From assembly GCF_964204645.1 (NCBI RefSeq), contig NC_134030.1, positions 20,730,210-20,794,209 on the forward strand: a stretch of DNA of 64,000 nt, in the 5' to 3' direction. Source of the DNA: Tubulanus polymorphus (Eukaryota > Animalia > Nemertea). A program made the position numbers and the translations under genes. Positions 43,501 to 56,803 of the stretch are shown one piece after another; within the stretch, counting starts at the first letter, position 1; each line of letters opens with the position of its first letter. Below the pieces are notes generated by a model, which was given only the letters and a program-made list of their open reading frames with translations, searched no databases and was not told the DNA's origin.

Positions 43501-44008
43501 TTGTTGCATATGTTGGATCAATTTAAGCATCGTTTCAATGCTGCCGCTGTCGTCATCTTTTTATTTCGGAAATAACTTTTTCGGCACAACCGGTGTTTGT
43601 CTACCTATGAATTTACTATCCATCAATGTCCACGCCTGGCAATATTCATTCGCTATATTTGCCGTGTTTAACTCGGTCGTACTTGCTACAATAATGATGA
43701 CGTATGCACAGATGTATAGACTCGTATCTGGAAGCAGGTCCGGCTCGGGTAGAGCTGATCCTACCGAATTGGTTCTGGCGCGTAGGAGTTTAGTGATAAA
43801 TCTGTGTAATTTATTTTGCTGGTTACCGATAATTATCGTTCAGTTTTGCGCTGTATTCCGAGTAGAAATACCGAACCAAGTGGCGGCTTGGTTGGCGGTA
43901 CTTTTCCTACCGATCAACTCGTCGCTGAATCCACTTCTTTACACCATCCTCACTATTGATGTTAAATCTATTCGGGCCAGAAACAAACGGGTTTTCAGAA
44001 CCCGCTGA
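37504..44008 (+). CDS. GRL101-like CUB-CTL-LDLa-LRR GPCR copy E, intact, ~1952 aa; exons 37504-38694, 39009-40379, 40712-44008
   Basis: Same splice sites and phases as the other copies; open frame throughout. Confidence 0.92.
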
Positions 44009-45063
44009 AACATTCGTCGGTCGATATTAACCTTGTCGAACTCTAATCAGAATATGAAAACATATCAGATGAAATCGATAAACATGAGGAACTAATTGCG
44101 ATGTAGTTCAATGCAGCGTTTAATCTTATTTCACGTAAATTGATAGTAAATCTTTATTTGATTCACTTGTGTCGTTTTGTTGCATGAATAAAAATCGATT
44201 CAACATTGAACATTTCTCTGTCTATGTTATATTCAATATTTCCATAGGTCAAATATTGAAATGTTTGGGAGGCACTTGACGTTTAAATGTTTCTTATTAA
44301 CTTATGGTTAGCAGAATACAACATTACTTATCTCAACTATTTCACTTCATAATCGTTTATTCTATGCTCTAGTTCATCTTATGGGTGCTTTTATTTACTG
44401 GCAGTGAATTGATCCGCAGCTAAATTCTATCGTCAAAAAGATGACACGATTTATATACGAAGTTTACAAAATAACTGTTTGAAATAAAAGTTAAGTAGAT
44501 TGTTGAAAAAAAGTTAAGTACGGTATTATCATATTTAAATCCGGAGTTCCTTTTTATTCTTTGGTTATCGGGTTTCTGTGTTCGTGGTCGGCTTTCTCGC
44601 CAGGGACGACTGGAGTTTATTATAGAGAAGAACGACAAGAGAGAAAGGGAGAGAATGGAGCGTGACAATCGGCAACCGAAACTAGACTAGACTGGTCACC
44701 GCAGCCAAACAGTAACCTCGTAACCCGTTATATATTCAAACTACCAGTTCTGCAGTCGATCGATTGATTAGCGCATAATGCTAACTCCTGGTGGTCCCGG
44801 GTTCGAGACCTGATTATGGATTAATTAAATCATTTTAGCGGTTATTTCCTTCCTTTTTGGAGCTCCTCTTGCGTAAAATAGAACGAGAATAAAGCTGAAA
44901 ATCATTGGCAATTGAAGGATTCAATGACAGATGGTGTTGTCATTGAATAGTGTATTTGGTAATCACTCTCTACATCTCTACTTTTATCAATAATTCCCGA
45001 TGACTGTTATACCAGTCATAAGAAAAGACATAAGGTGGAATTGCGACTTTAATTCGGGATACT

Positions 45064-45564
45064 CTAGCCTTTATAGCTCTCCTCGTAGGGTGTATAATCA
45101 TAGCTCTCCTCGTAGGGTGTATAATCATAGCTCTCCTCGTAGGGTGTATAATCATAGCTCTCCCCATAGCCGTCATCATAGCTCTCCTCGTAGGGTTTAT
45201 AATCATAGCTCTCCCCATAGCCGTCATCATAGCTCTCCTCGTAGGGTTTATAATCATAGCTCTCCCCATAGCCGTCATCATAGCTCTCCTCGTAGGGTGT
45301 ATAATCATAGCGATAATCACTGTAATATCCTGTAAGGAAAATCCGCTCTTAATAAACGTAAAATTTAAGAGAATGAAATGGTTTCCTGGCTTTTAAACAT
45401 TACTCTTGATTAATTACAATGAATCCGACTAATATGCGTTCTGCACACAGTTCGATCTTCTAGGCTCACCTTCGAGGGATTGAGAGTCTTTAAACGCGAT
45501 ACTTACCTGGAGCGGCGGCAGCCACGGCCACAAGGGCCATCACGACAAGGAAAACTAACTTCAT
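45064..45564 (-). CDS. S5: secreted acidic Tyr-rich repeat protein, 107 aa; exons 45564-45507, 45329-45064
   Basis: As S2; open frame to YKG*. Confidence 0.85.
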
Positions 45565-47628
45565 CCTGTAGACAACAAGAAATATATTCCTTACACATTT
45601 CCATTACATTTAGGCGTACACAACTAACGAATCGTACTAGCGACAAGAAACGTACGTAAGACGACAGCGGCGGATCCAGGATTTCAGGGAGGGGTGCACA
45701 AATTAGGCAGAGGGTCTGGGCGTCCTCCCCTAGAAATTTTTCAAAAATAAATGCGCGGAGACGCGTTCTAGACACGATTATAATACCGCAAATTGAATAG
45801 CGATTTTACCCTAATTTCACTTCATTAGTTGTGGATAACAAATCCCTAAATAGCGAGAACTTTAGGAGGGGTGCACGCGTACCCTGTGCACCCCTGGACA
45901 CGCCGCTAAATAAGAAACAACTCACGCGAATTCGATCGGGTTTTCTGTACCCTGAATTTCGTTTAAATTGAAAATAGATTTCAGATGTAACAGTACAGGA
46001 TTCCACAATGACCAACACGTACCTGATAATAACAGGGCGGCTCTTTTCCGAGATAAGACGCTGATCTGTTTTCGAGTTTGGTTTTATACGCGTTTTGCGG
46101 GATATGAATCATTTCCACAGGTGAACTTAATTTCTTATTTTCAAGTATTGCATAATAGATTTTTTACGTTGAATTCGATCATAAATCTGTATTGTATCAC
46201 TTGCAACTGTCCTCTACCCGTAATCTATGTATGAATCGGCTAGACGATGACATAGTTCGAAGTCGCAAATTTGCATTCAATAAATATAACATTCAAATCC
46301 ACGTTAGTGCTTTAGTAAGCGTTAAAGCTAGATTATAGTGAAACGCATTGTTCTTCATTACTAATGCATCCTCGCTTGCCAACCTCACTCGCAAACCATT
46401 CATCGGTCTATTGATGCCCCCAAAACATTGTGGGCGGCAACCTGTCCGCCCAGGAATTTTTGGCGTTACAGGAAAACTTGCGGCACAAAAGTTCAAGTTC
46501 ATTCATTTCATAGAAGAGAACATACTATGTACATATATGCTACAATGTTTACAATTAGGCCTAGGGGATTGCCTGTATACAATCACTGAAGCAAATTTCA
46601 CGAATAAACTATATACAGGCCTAAACATCGTCACCCGTCAAGGGATTCGAACCCACTACGCTAAAGCTGTTCCCGAACCCCTATAGATCTCACGAGTCGT
46701 TGGAGTCGTTACTAGCCGACCAGAATCCAATCGTACCAATCACAGCGCTTGTAACAAACAACATGAGGCTTCTGTTTGTTTTCCCGTTCGGTTTTTCCGT
46801 TCCACTCAGACGCGAGGAATAAGTAACACCAACTATTCTAAGAAGTTGGAACGAAATTTAGTGATCGAACCAAAAATCAAGAAAAACAAGTCGTTTCGGG
46901 CGCGCTGTATATATTAGATCAATGCTAACGCGATTCGTAAAGAAACGTCGTGATTACATCGTGAGACACTGTCACGTTCCGCCTCACAGAGATTCGAACC
47001 TGATGACATCGAGAGACTTTGCTGCGTTCCGCCCTCACATGGTTTCGATCCTGATTACATCGTGAGACTTGGTCAAGTTCCTCCCTCGCAGGAATTCGAA
47101 CGTGATGACATCGAGAGCTCTGCGAGGTTCCTCCCTCGCAGGGATTCGATAGTGTTTCAATTGTGAAGTTCCACAGTTGTGTGGGTTTGATCTGACTCTT
47201 GACCCAATTCCACAGTTGTTTGGGTTTGATCTGACTCTTGACCCAGTTCCACAGTTGTGTTCAATTATTTCGATTTTCAAATACATGTAGTAATGAATTC
47301 AGTTCTCTTTCCATCACCAATATATTTACTGAACTGAACACGTTATGTAAATATTCGGCAGTTGAAAATGAAAATTTATCGCAGCGAAATCGACGTGTAT
47401 ATGTTTAACAAACGTCGGTAATTACTGGAAAATCGACTCGGATGAATAATTAAAAATCTTGCAAAACTGGATGAAAATTTGAAATATATCAGAAATAATT
47501 GCAGCAGCAACGAAAAATATCTATTTCAAAGAATTCGCTGCAAATTTTCTGATTGGACGAACTGTAATCTGTGTCGATTTCGTAAAGATATGCAAGTTTT
47601 GATTATTCAGTAGAGATTGTTGTTCGGT

Positions 47629-50600
47629 ATGGATCGACTGAGAGCGCTGTTTATAGCGTCGCTGATCGTCTGGCGAGTTAACATCGCACACGCTGATCTG
47701 TCTGACTCTGTGACGGTCAGTTCCTCTTGTAACAACAGTTGGTACCCCATCGATTCTACGTCCGGTTACATCGTTTCACCGAATTACCCGTCGTTTACGC
47801 GCGGTGTTGAATGTCGTTGGTTCGTCAACAGCTCTTTACCGGGAACTTTCAACATCGAACTATACTACGACATCGAGCCGTCGATATTCTGTAGTGATAA
47901 TTACCTTCTCGTCGGTGAGTCCGATAACAGATTCTGCGGCGAAGGAAAACACGAAATCCGCCGTAACGATTCGATGTCGTTGATGTTTAGAAGTAACGTC
48001 GATGGTGCGCGGGGTAGTCGGGTTTATATCATATATCGTTTAGAACGGAACAATTTGAAATTATTTCATAACTGCATGAAAACATTTCATAGAATAAACA
48101 AATTACAAACATCGACAGGATACAAATTCGCAATATATTTAAATCGTTGTCAATTGTATTTGGAATGGATCGGGATCCCAGATGGTTTTGCTATGAATTT
48201 TACGTTTACACGGATACATTTCAGATTATCTCCTGGCGCTGATTCTGCAACAACTGTTCAAATTTACGACGGATGGAACACCACCAGTGAACCTATAGCT
48301 GTTATACCAGAACAAACCGGGCATCCACCTTCATCGTTTTATACTAAAACTAACAATGCTATTTTCAGTTTGCAAACCCAAAGCATCAACTCACAACTAT
48401 CAGTTCAGGTGTATAGAATATCTGATTGGAACGTCTCTAATCCGTTAATTCAAATCTCTAATAACGAGTCGGGAGTGCTCATTCCTGATGACAACAGTTT
48501 ACACGTAATAACTCGATCAAAACACTTACACTGCTGGTCTATCACAGTGCAGGTGTTACAGTACGTCGTCTACAACTGGACACGTGATCTCAGCACACCC
48601 GGTGACGTCATCGGTGTATATAAACTAGAAGGGTTACGCGTTGTAGGAACTGATATTTTACTCGGTTACAACTACCTGGAATCACTGAGTGTTAAATCTG
48701 ACGGCTTTCTCGTCATACTGTGCGTTTTAATAAGACCAGGTGTTTTACAATCGAATGTAAAAATTGAATTTGAAGTAAAAGCTATTTCTATGGGAGACGT
48801 ACAAGTCCGCAAACCCAGGGTGAGTAAATTAGATGAAAGGTAACACATTTTTTGAACCACAGATAATAAAATGAAATAGGAAATGTGAAACATAGAAACA
48901 AAAATGCCAGAAATAATTCTAAAAGGACTTTTTATGGCACATATTAAAAATCCGATACGAAAAAAAGCTTGTCCCGGTTTTGGATAAGATGCTGTTTGTT
49001 AGATTCATTTCAACAACATCTTTTATGTTTTTAGAATATAGTCTTTTTTAAATGATGATTTATTTTGTAGATATCTGGCTTCGGTGCCACATTACCTTCG
49101 TTTGATATGTTCCCGTCAAAGAAGACAACATTTATGTACCGTATAAATACATACGAATTCAAACGGAAAGTTGATATCTATGAGAATGGATTGAAACTGA
49201 CAGTTTTATCAGAGACGTGCGAGAGAGCTGGATTTTATATATATGATGGTGGTAATTTTACAGCTAGACGCTATGGTCCGTATTGTCCTGGTCAGTGGTA
49301 CGATCATCACGTCGTCAGTCTGATTACATCAGGAGGACCGGTTACTGTAGTAGGGTACGCTTATAACTGGGACGATTGGGTCCCAGTGCGAGGAGTCGAT
49401 CGAATAGAGTCATTAACAAGAGGTTATCTCAGCTTCATCCCTTCTGACTGCAACGGGTATATTTTACGGGATGGAGAAAATCAGATCAATATGACGTCAC
49501 ACTGTCTGGTGATTACACCTGAAAACCGGCGCCTTCCTCTAGAAAATATAGATATATTATCAGAATATGAATATCAAATTGACGCGTGTCTTGTGCGATA
49601 CACGAGTAGATCATGTGACAGGCAAATGAGTTTATCAAATCAGTTTCTCAATAACAGTTTTGTATTAAACACTGTGAAATTGTTCTACAAATATCAATTC
49701 TGGAATGATAGATTGATAGTTAAACTACGTCGTAAATGTCAGGGAGCGAAAAAACCTTCACAATCTAAATCTGGTGTTTCATTTTTCCCGGATAGGGATG
49801 AATGTGGAATCGTACAATCACCGAACTATCCGGGATCAGCGGGATATACTTCGAAATCTTCTTATTATCGCTTTGAAAATCTGATTGAAAATGATCGAAT
49901 TCAATATTACAGATTTATAATCAAATTTATTCAGACTTTACCGTGCAATAAATTATCAAGATTTGACAAAGATCCAATTCTATTCAAACAACAAATACAT
50001 GACTTTTACGATAATGGAGTAGTTATTTCAGGAAGCGGAACCGAACATCAAACTAAAATATGCGGAACTATTGCTAAACGCGGAAGTGTATTTCATAGTT
50101 TGATCGACAATGATTTGCAATTTGAGATAAAGGATCTCGTTCCCACATTTCAAATACAATATAATTTTAAAAAGTCGTTACCAATAAAACAGTTTGATAA
50201 AATCGGCTGTAAACCAGGATTTCTAGATTCGGGAATTTCCTGCGTCAAATACATCAAAAATGAACGTCTGGATTGGGAGAACGCTGAAATGTACTGTCAA
50301 CACAAATACGGAGGACATCTTCTCAGTATCAACTCACAAGATGAAATGATTTCTGTCAAAAGATTATTCGCCACGAAACTGCTTAGAAAGGGATATACCC
50401 AGGAGGCGCTTATAATGATGATCGGGCTAAAATTCAAGGTAACTTACACTCGACAAATGATAAAAAAACATCGACATCGAATAGAACTCAAAGAGATTCC
50501 AAATTGATGTGTCATTTAATGGCATTAGAATATTTAAGTTTATATCACTTCTATATAGGACTTATGTTAATTTTCATGGTCTTGGTGAAAAATTTGAAAA

Positions 50601-53600
50601 TTCTCGAATTCTTTCTTTTCGGCCGAATATTGAAAAAGATCAATTTGGCATCCAGTCACTTAACACTCTTGCAAATCAAATATCTTTAAAATTATACGGA
50701 TTAACTTCAATAGATTAATTATGAAAATGGAAATAATGCATTTTTGCGGTCGATGAATGAATATGAATTAAATTTTAAACAGAATGATGGTTATTACACG
50801 TGGACTGATGGTAAACCATTGAGCTACACAGAGTGGTTTAAACCTGCTATGATAAACGAAACGATACCAGAAGTTATTCAAGGACTGATATCTCCTCTAC
50901 GAAAACAACCGATAAATGACGTCAATATGCCGTGTACGGCGATGATACTGAATAATCCACGAGGATCAGCGAACTGGGTTCGATTCCCGTGTCAAATCGA
51001 GGAGACTCGAACAACTTTCATTTGTGAATCGGATAGAATTGACGTCGATTCAGAACGCGTGGATAATTCGACAATTAAAATTCAAAATACAACGACTATC
51101 CTAGAAATAACTGATACTAATAACGATATCGCATTTCTAACAGGAAACAAAAATGATCTAAATTCCAATACATATAACTCGACTTGTAAAAAAGGCTGGC
51201 AAAATGTAGACGGCAAATGTTGCCAGATTCTCACCGATTGGAACAGCAATCGATGTTTGAATATTCGAAGTGCTACGCAATTGTGTCGTGACCTTCACGC
51301 TGAAATAGGTATTGTAACTTTCCATGTGGAAAATGATATAAAAGCATTAATTGATGAGTTTAGTTTTAAACACCAATATGGCGCTATACTGACTATGGGT
51401 GCGAGGAAATTGTTTCAAGTGATCGAACCAGTTTTGACACGGGATGAAATCACTTTTATCGAGTCGTTGAACTGGTCGATAAAACCATGGAATAATCTGA
51501 CAAACAACGTTCATTCCGTGCTATGTTCCTATAATGTAACTGATGAAGAGTTAGCTTCTATAAGCGGTTGTAAATCGTGGCAGTTTAAATGTAACGATCA
51601 ACGATGTATCAGCGACCATCGCGTATGTGATAACAGAAACGACTGTCAACACGGTGAAGATGAACTCGATTGTTCGGGTTTAAACTTACAAAGTCAGTTC
51701 CACTGTTCAGATGGACGGGTTATATCAATAAGTGGATTCTGTGATTTCATTAAGGATTGTTTGGATGGTTCTGATGAGAACTCGTGTATTCATCCCCCGT
51801 GTTTGCCCCAACAATTCCGCTGTACTAGTGGTCAATGTGTCGATAGATCGTACCGATGTGATGGAATCGTTAACTGTAAGGACGGCTCCGACGAGCGGGA
51901 GTGTGGTCCGCAACTTTGCAACGGGTTTCTGTGTAACAACGGTGAATGTATCAGTTCTCTATTGTATCGGGATGGTGTTGTAGATTGTAGCGGAAGCCTC
52001 GAAGAAGATGAACTTTTAACATCGAATGTAACAGTGAATCCTACTGTTCACTGTAATAGTGATAACTACTGTACGACTAATTTCACAAACCTTTGTACAG
52101 AATCTGATGAACAAAGATGTTCTTTCGATTCTCCTCATTGTTATTCTAGACGTCATAGATGTATTTTAGAAAGGATGCCGATTGGTTACCCGGTATGTAG
52201 AAGGCTCGAACATATACAAGGTTGTACTGATTTCAAATGTCCAGCTGGTACTGTTAAATGTCCAGCATCTTACTGTATACCGATGGGACAGGTGTGCGAT
52301 GGTCGATCAGATTGTCCTAATTCAGAAGACGAGCGAAACTGCGAGACTTTGTCGTGTCCCGGCATGTTCAAATGTGGCCAGGAAAACCGATGTATACCTC
52401 AATCTGAGGTTTGTGATGGTGTCACAAATTGTAAACATACCACTGATGACGAGTCTTACTGTGACGTCACGTGTCCTAAATACTGTAAATGTCAAGGTCA
52501 TTTAATTGATTGCGACGATGCTGGTTTAGTAGAAATTACTGATCTTTTCTCGGCATCAACTCGAGTTCTGATTTTATCAGAAAACCGAGTTGTATTCAAT
52601 GAGTCCACGTTTTCTTCTTACCTCTATCTACACCTTCTTAATATTTCACGTAACAATTTGTCTTATATTGTTCCAAACTCGTTCTCAAACCTGCATAATC
52701 TACATACATTAGATCTTACATATAATCGCTTAATATCATTGTCCGCGAATACATTCGCCGGTTTGTATAGTGTGAAAATACTTCTGATGTTTGGGAATCC
52801 AGTAAGATATTTAGAAGAAGGCAGTTTTCAAGGTTTAAAGTCATTAAGCGATCTCGATCTTCACGGACTTTCCTTGTCGTTACTCGTTGGAAATGTGTTC
52901 AGTCGTTTATCCGCTTTAGAGTCGTTAGATGTCAGCAATAACAGAATCAGTTATATTTCACCAAACGCATTTGTCGGATTAACAAAACTTAAAAGTCTGG
53001 ATCTAACCAAAAATTCAAAAGTCATATCCGTAGAAAAAAACGTTTTTGACAGTCTTACATTAATAAGTACCTTGGCTTCTGACGCGTACAAATTTTGTTG
53101 CATGGTTCCGAATGTTGACCAGTGTCTCCCGGAAGCCGACCAATTTTCATCTTGTTCCGACCTGATGGGTAACACTGTTCTTAGAGCAATCATTTGGGCG
53201 ATCGCTTCATTCAGCTTTTTTGCAAACATCACCGTAATTTTACTTCGCGTTCAAGCGTTACGCATTTCATCCTCTGAATCACGTAACACATCCTCTGATA
53301 TCCTAATCATTAATGTTGCCACCTGCGATTTTCTGATGTCGATTTATCTGTTTCTGATCGCAGGAGCCGATTACGTCTATAAAGGTGTTTATTTCCTAAA
53401 TTCTGAAAGTTGGACGGATAGTTCATTGTGTCGACTCGCTGGGATTATAGTGACTCTTTCCTGCGAGGGATCTTTGATTTTTCTCCTCATTCTTACCCGT
53501 CAAAGATACTCGAATATCGTCGATCCATTTTCTGCAAGCCCAATTATATCATCGAATTCTGTATCCGGGATTTGTTGCATATGTTGGATCAATTTAAGCA

Positions 53601-54079
53601 TCGTTTCAATGCTGCCGCTGTCGTCATCTTCTTATTTCGGAAATAACTTTTACGGCACAACTGGTGTTTGTCTACCTATGAATTTACTATCCATCAATGT
53701 CCACGCCTGGCAATACTCATTCGCTATATTTGCCGTGTTTAACTCGGTCGTACTTGCTACAATAATGATGACGTATGCACAGATGTATAGACTCGTATCT
53801 GGAAGCAGGTCCGGCTCGGGTAGAGCTGATCCTACCGAATTGGTTCTGGCGCGTAGGAGTTTAGTGATAAATCTGTGTAATCTATTTTGCTGGTTACCGA
53901 TAATTATCGTTCAGTTTTGCGCTGTATTGCGAGTAGAAATACCGAACCAAGTGGCGGCTTGGTTGGCGGTACTTTTCCTACCGATCAATTCGTCACTGAA
54001 TCCACTTCTTTACACAATCCTCACTATCGATGTTAAATCTATTCGGGCCAGAAATAAACGCGTTTTGAGAACCCGCTGA
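47629..54079 (+). CDS. GRL101-like CUB-CTL-LDLa-LRR GPCR copy F, intact, ~1951 aa; exons 47629-48819, 49071-50438, 50783-54079
   Basis: Same splice sites and phases; open frame. Intron 1 and the start of exon 2 are more diverged than in B-E. Confidence 0.92.
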
Positions 54080-54869
54080 AACATTCGTCAGTCGATATTA
54101 ACCTTGTCGAACTCTAATCAGAATATGAGAACATATCAGATGAAATCGATAAACATGAAGGAACTAATTGCGATGTAGTTCAATGCGGCGTTTAATCTTA
54201 TTTCACGTAAATTGATTGTAAATTCTTTTATGATTCACTTGTTCCGTTTTGTTGCATGAATAAAAATCGATTCAACATTGAAAATTTTTCTGTCTATGTT
54301 ATATTCAATATTTTCATAGTTCGAATATTGAAATCTTTGGGAGGCACTTGACGTTTAAATGTTTCTTACTAACTTATGATTAGCAGAATGCAACATTAAT
54401 TATTCCAACTATTTCACTTCATAAGCGTTTATTCTATGCTCTAGTTCATCTTATGGGTGTCTTTATTTACTGACAGTGAATGGAGCATGACAATCGGCCA
54501 TAGAAATTAGACTGGTCACCGCAGCCGAACGGTAACCCGTTAAATATTCAAGCCTCACCAGTTCTGCAGTCGATCGATTGATTAGCGCATAATGCTAACT
54601 CCGAGTTCGAGACCTGATTATGGGTTAATTCATTCTATTTAGCGGGTATTTCCCTCCTTTTTGGAAGCTCATCTTGCGTAAAAAAAGAACGAGAATAAAG
54701 CTGAAAATCATTGGCAATTGAAGGATTCAATGACAGATGGTGTTGTCATTGAATAGTGTATTTGGTAATCACTCTCTACATCTCTACTTTTATCAATGAT
54801 TACCGATGACTGTTATACCGGTCATAAGAAAAGACATCAGGTGGAATTGCGACTTTAATTCGGGATACT

Positions 54870-56579
54870 CTAGCCACCATTGTGCCAATATCCATCGTTA
54901 AACAATGGTCGTGGAGGGATGAATCCGTAGTGTTGACCATGAGTGGAGTATGGAGTATATACATCCTTGTATCCACTTTTGTAGGTGTTCTTGCTGTAGG
55001 TGTCCTTTGCCTTATAGCTCTTGCCTTTATCGTAAGTCTCGCCGTAGCTGTTCGTGTTTCATCGAAGAGAAAAATTAAAATAGAAATAACAATTTTCATC
55101 CATTCTTTAGTCGGTTTAGACATTGTTGTTTCACATTTAGTACACGGATCAAGGGGCAGTTTGTACACCCAGGTCTAGCTGGTCCGATAGCATTGATCAA
55201 ACAATGTCATAGTCAATCATAGTCACGAGGGTGTAATTTGTTGAATTAGTTACAGCTGAAACGAGCTTTTAGAATGATCTCGCTTAGGTTTCTAGATTAG
55301 TTATAGAACCGAAATGCGCTAAGACTGGTCTTAAGTGGTTAGATTAGCTATAGAACCAAAACTGAGAACCCAAATGAGCTTAGACTGGTTTTTAAATTCG
55401 CAGAATTGGATGCGCAGTTGCCCAAATGGTTCTTACCTACCGTTCGCCATGGTAGCCTATCGGTAACAGGTATTAGAAATTGTGAAAACAAGCTTTGGCT
55501 CATTCAATAATGTAAGAAGGAGATGATATTTTGACAGAGCGAAAAGTAGCCGGGCTAAGGGATAATATCCATGATGATGTTCCATTACGTAGATTGCGTC
55601 CTTCTTTAAAATGCTTCATGCGTAGTTTAAGCTTTAGCAAGTAGGTGTCCCATTGTTACAGTAGACACCAGTGCCATACCTATCATCCTCGTAGCTTTCT
55701 CCATAGCCATCATCATAGCTCTCCTCGTAGCCATCATCATAGCTCTCCTCGTAGCCATCATCATAGCTCTCCTCGTAGCCGTCATAATTTTTCTCATAGC
55801 TTTCATCATAGCCAAAATTATAGCTTTCTTCTTCGTTACCATGACCATAGCTTTCACCATCATCATCGATCTCCCCGTAGCCATCATTGTAGCTTTTCTC
55901 GTAGCCATCATAATTTTCACCATAGCCTAAATTGTAGCTATCTTCTTCATAGCGGCTGTAGTCTTCTTCGTGATAGGTGCCTTCATTATCGTAAGCGGTG
56001 CAGTGGTCTCCACAATATTTCGGCGGATCAGTCGGATAGCGATAATCACTATAATATCCTGTAAGGAAAATCCGCTCTTAATAAACGTAAGATTTAAGAA
56101 TAAAATGGTTTCCTAGCTTTTAAACGTTACTCTTGATTAATTACAATGAGTCCGACTAATACGGCGGATCGTTCGGTTCATAGCGATAATCAGTATAGCC
56201 TGTAAGCAAAATTAGTCTTTAATTCTTAATACTTAGGGGCCAGTTGCACAGTCGTGACTTAAGTCCAAAAGTGGTCTTAAATCGTAAGACTGGTGTTAAG
56301 TTGTTAGATTGGCTATAGAACTAAGTTGGTCTTAGACTGGTCTTAAGTCTAAGCCATGACTATGAAACCGGCCCTAGGAGTTAAGAGAATATGATGGTTT
56401 TCTAGATTTTAAACAATTCTCTTGGTAACAAATGAGTCCAACGAATACACGTTTTCCACGTAGTTAGATCGTCCCGATTGCTAGGACCTTTTGAGAAATT
56501 GCGAGTACACGCAATACTTACCTGGAGCGGCGGCAGCCACGGCCACAAGGGCCATCATGACAAGGAAAACTAACTTCAT
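54870..56579 (-). CDS. S6: secreted Tyr-rich protein with an acidic block and a Lys/Tyr-rich C-terminal block, 204 aa; exons 56579-56522, 56058-55680, 55047-54870
   Basis: MKLVFLVMMALVAVAAAAP, then GYYSDYRYPTDPPKYCGDHC...YEESYDDGYEESYDDG...YEDD, then AG|gtatgg...gaacag|C (phase 2 matches), then SYGETYDKGKSYKAKDTYSKNTYKSGYKD...GYWHNGG*. It shares its stop and 3' UTR with S1-S5. Confidence 0.83.
56237..56374. mobile_element. PIF/Harbinger-like MITE in an S6 intron
   Basis: TIRs GGGCCAGTTGCACAGTCGTGACTTA / TAAGCCATGACTATGAAACCGGCCC with TAG on both flanks (3-bp TSD). Related internal sequence at ~55290-55395. Confidence 0.7.
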
Positions 56580-56803
56580 CCTGTAGACAACAAGAAACAA
56601 GAACATATTCCCAACATATTTTTACCATATTCAGTACGTACGCAACAACCGAATCGTACAAGCGATAAGAAAGGTACGTAATATGAGGAACAATTTACGC
56701 ATAATTCGATCGAATTTTCTGTACGCCGAAATTCGTTTTGATTGTGAATAGATTTCAGATGTAACAGCACAGGATTCCACAATTAACCAACAGACACACG
56801 TAC

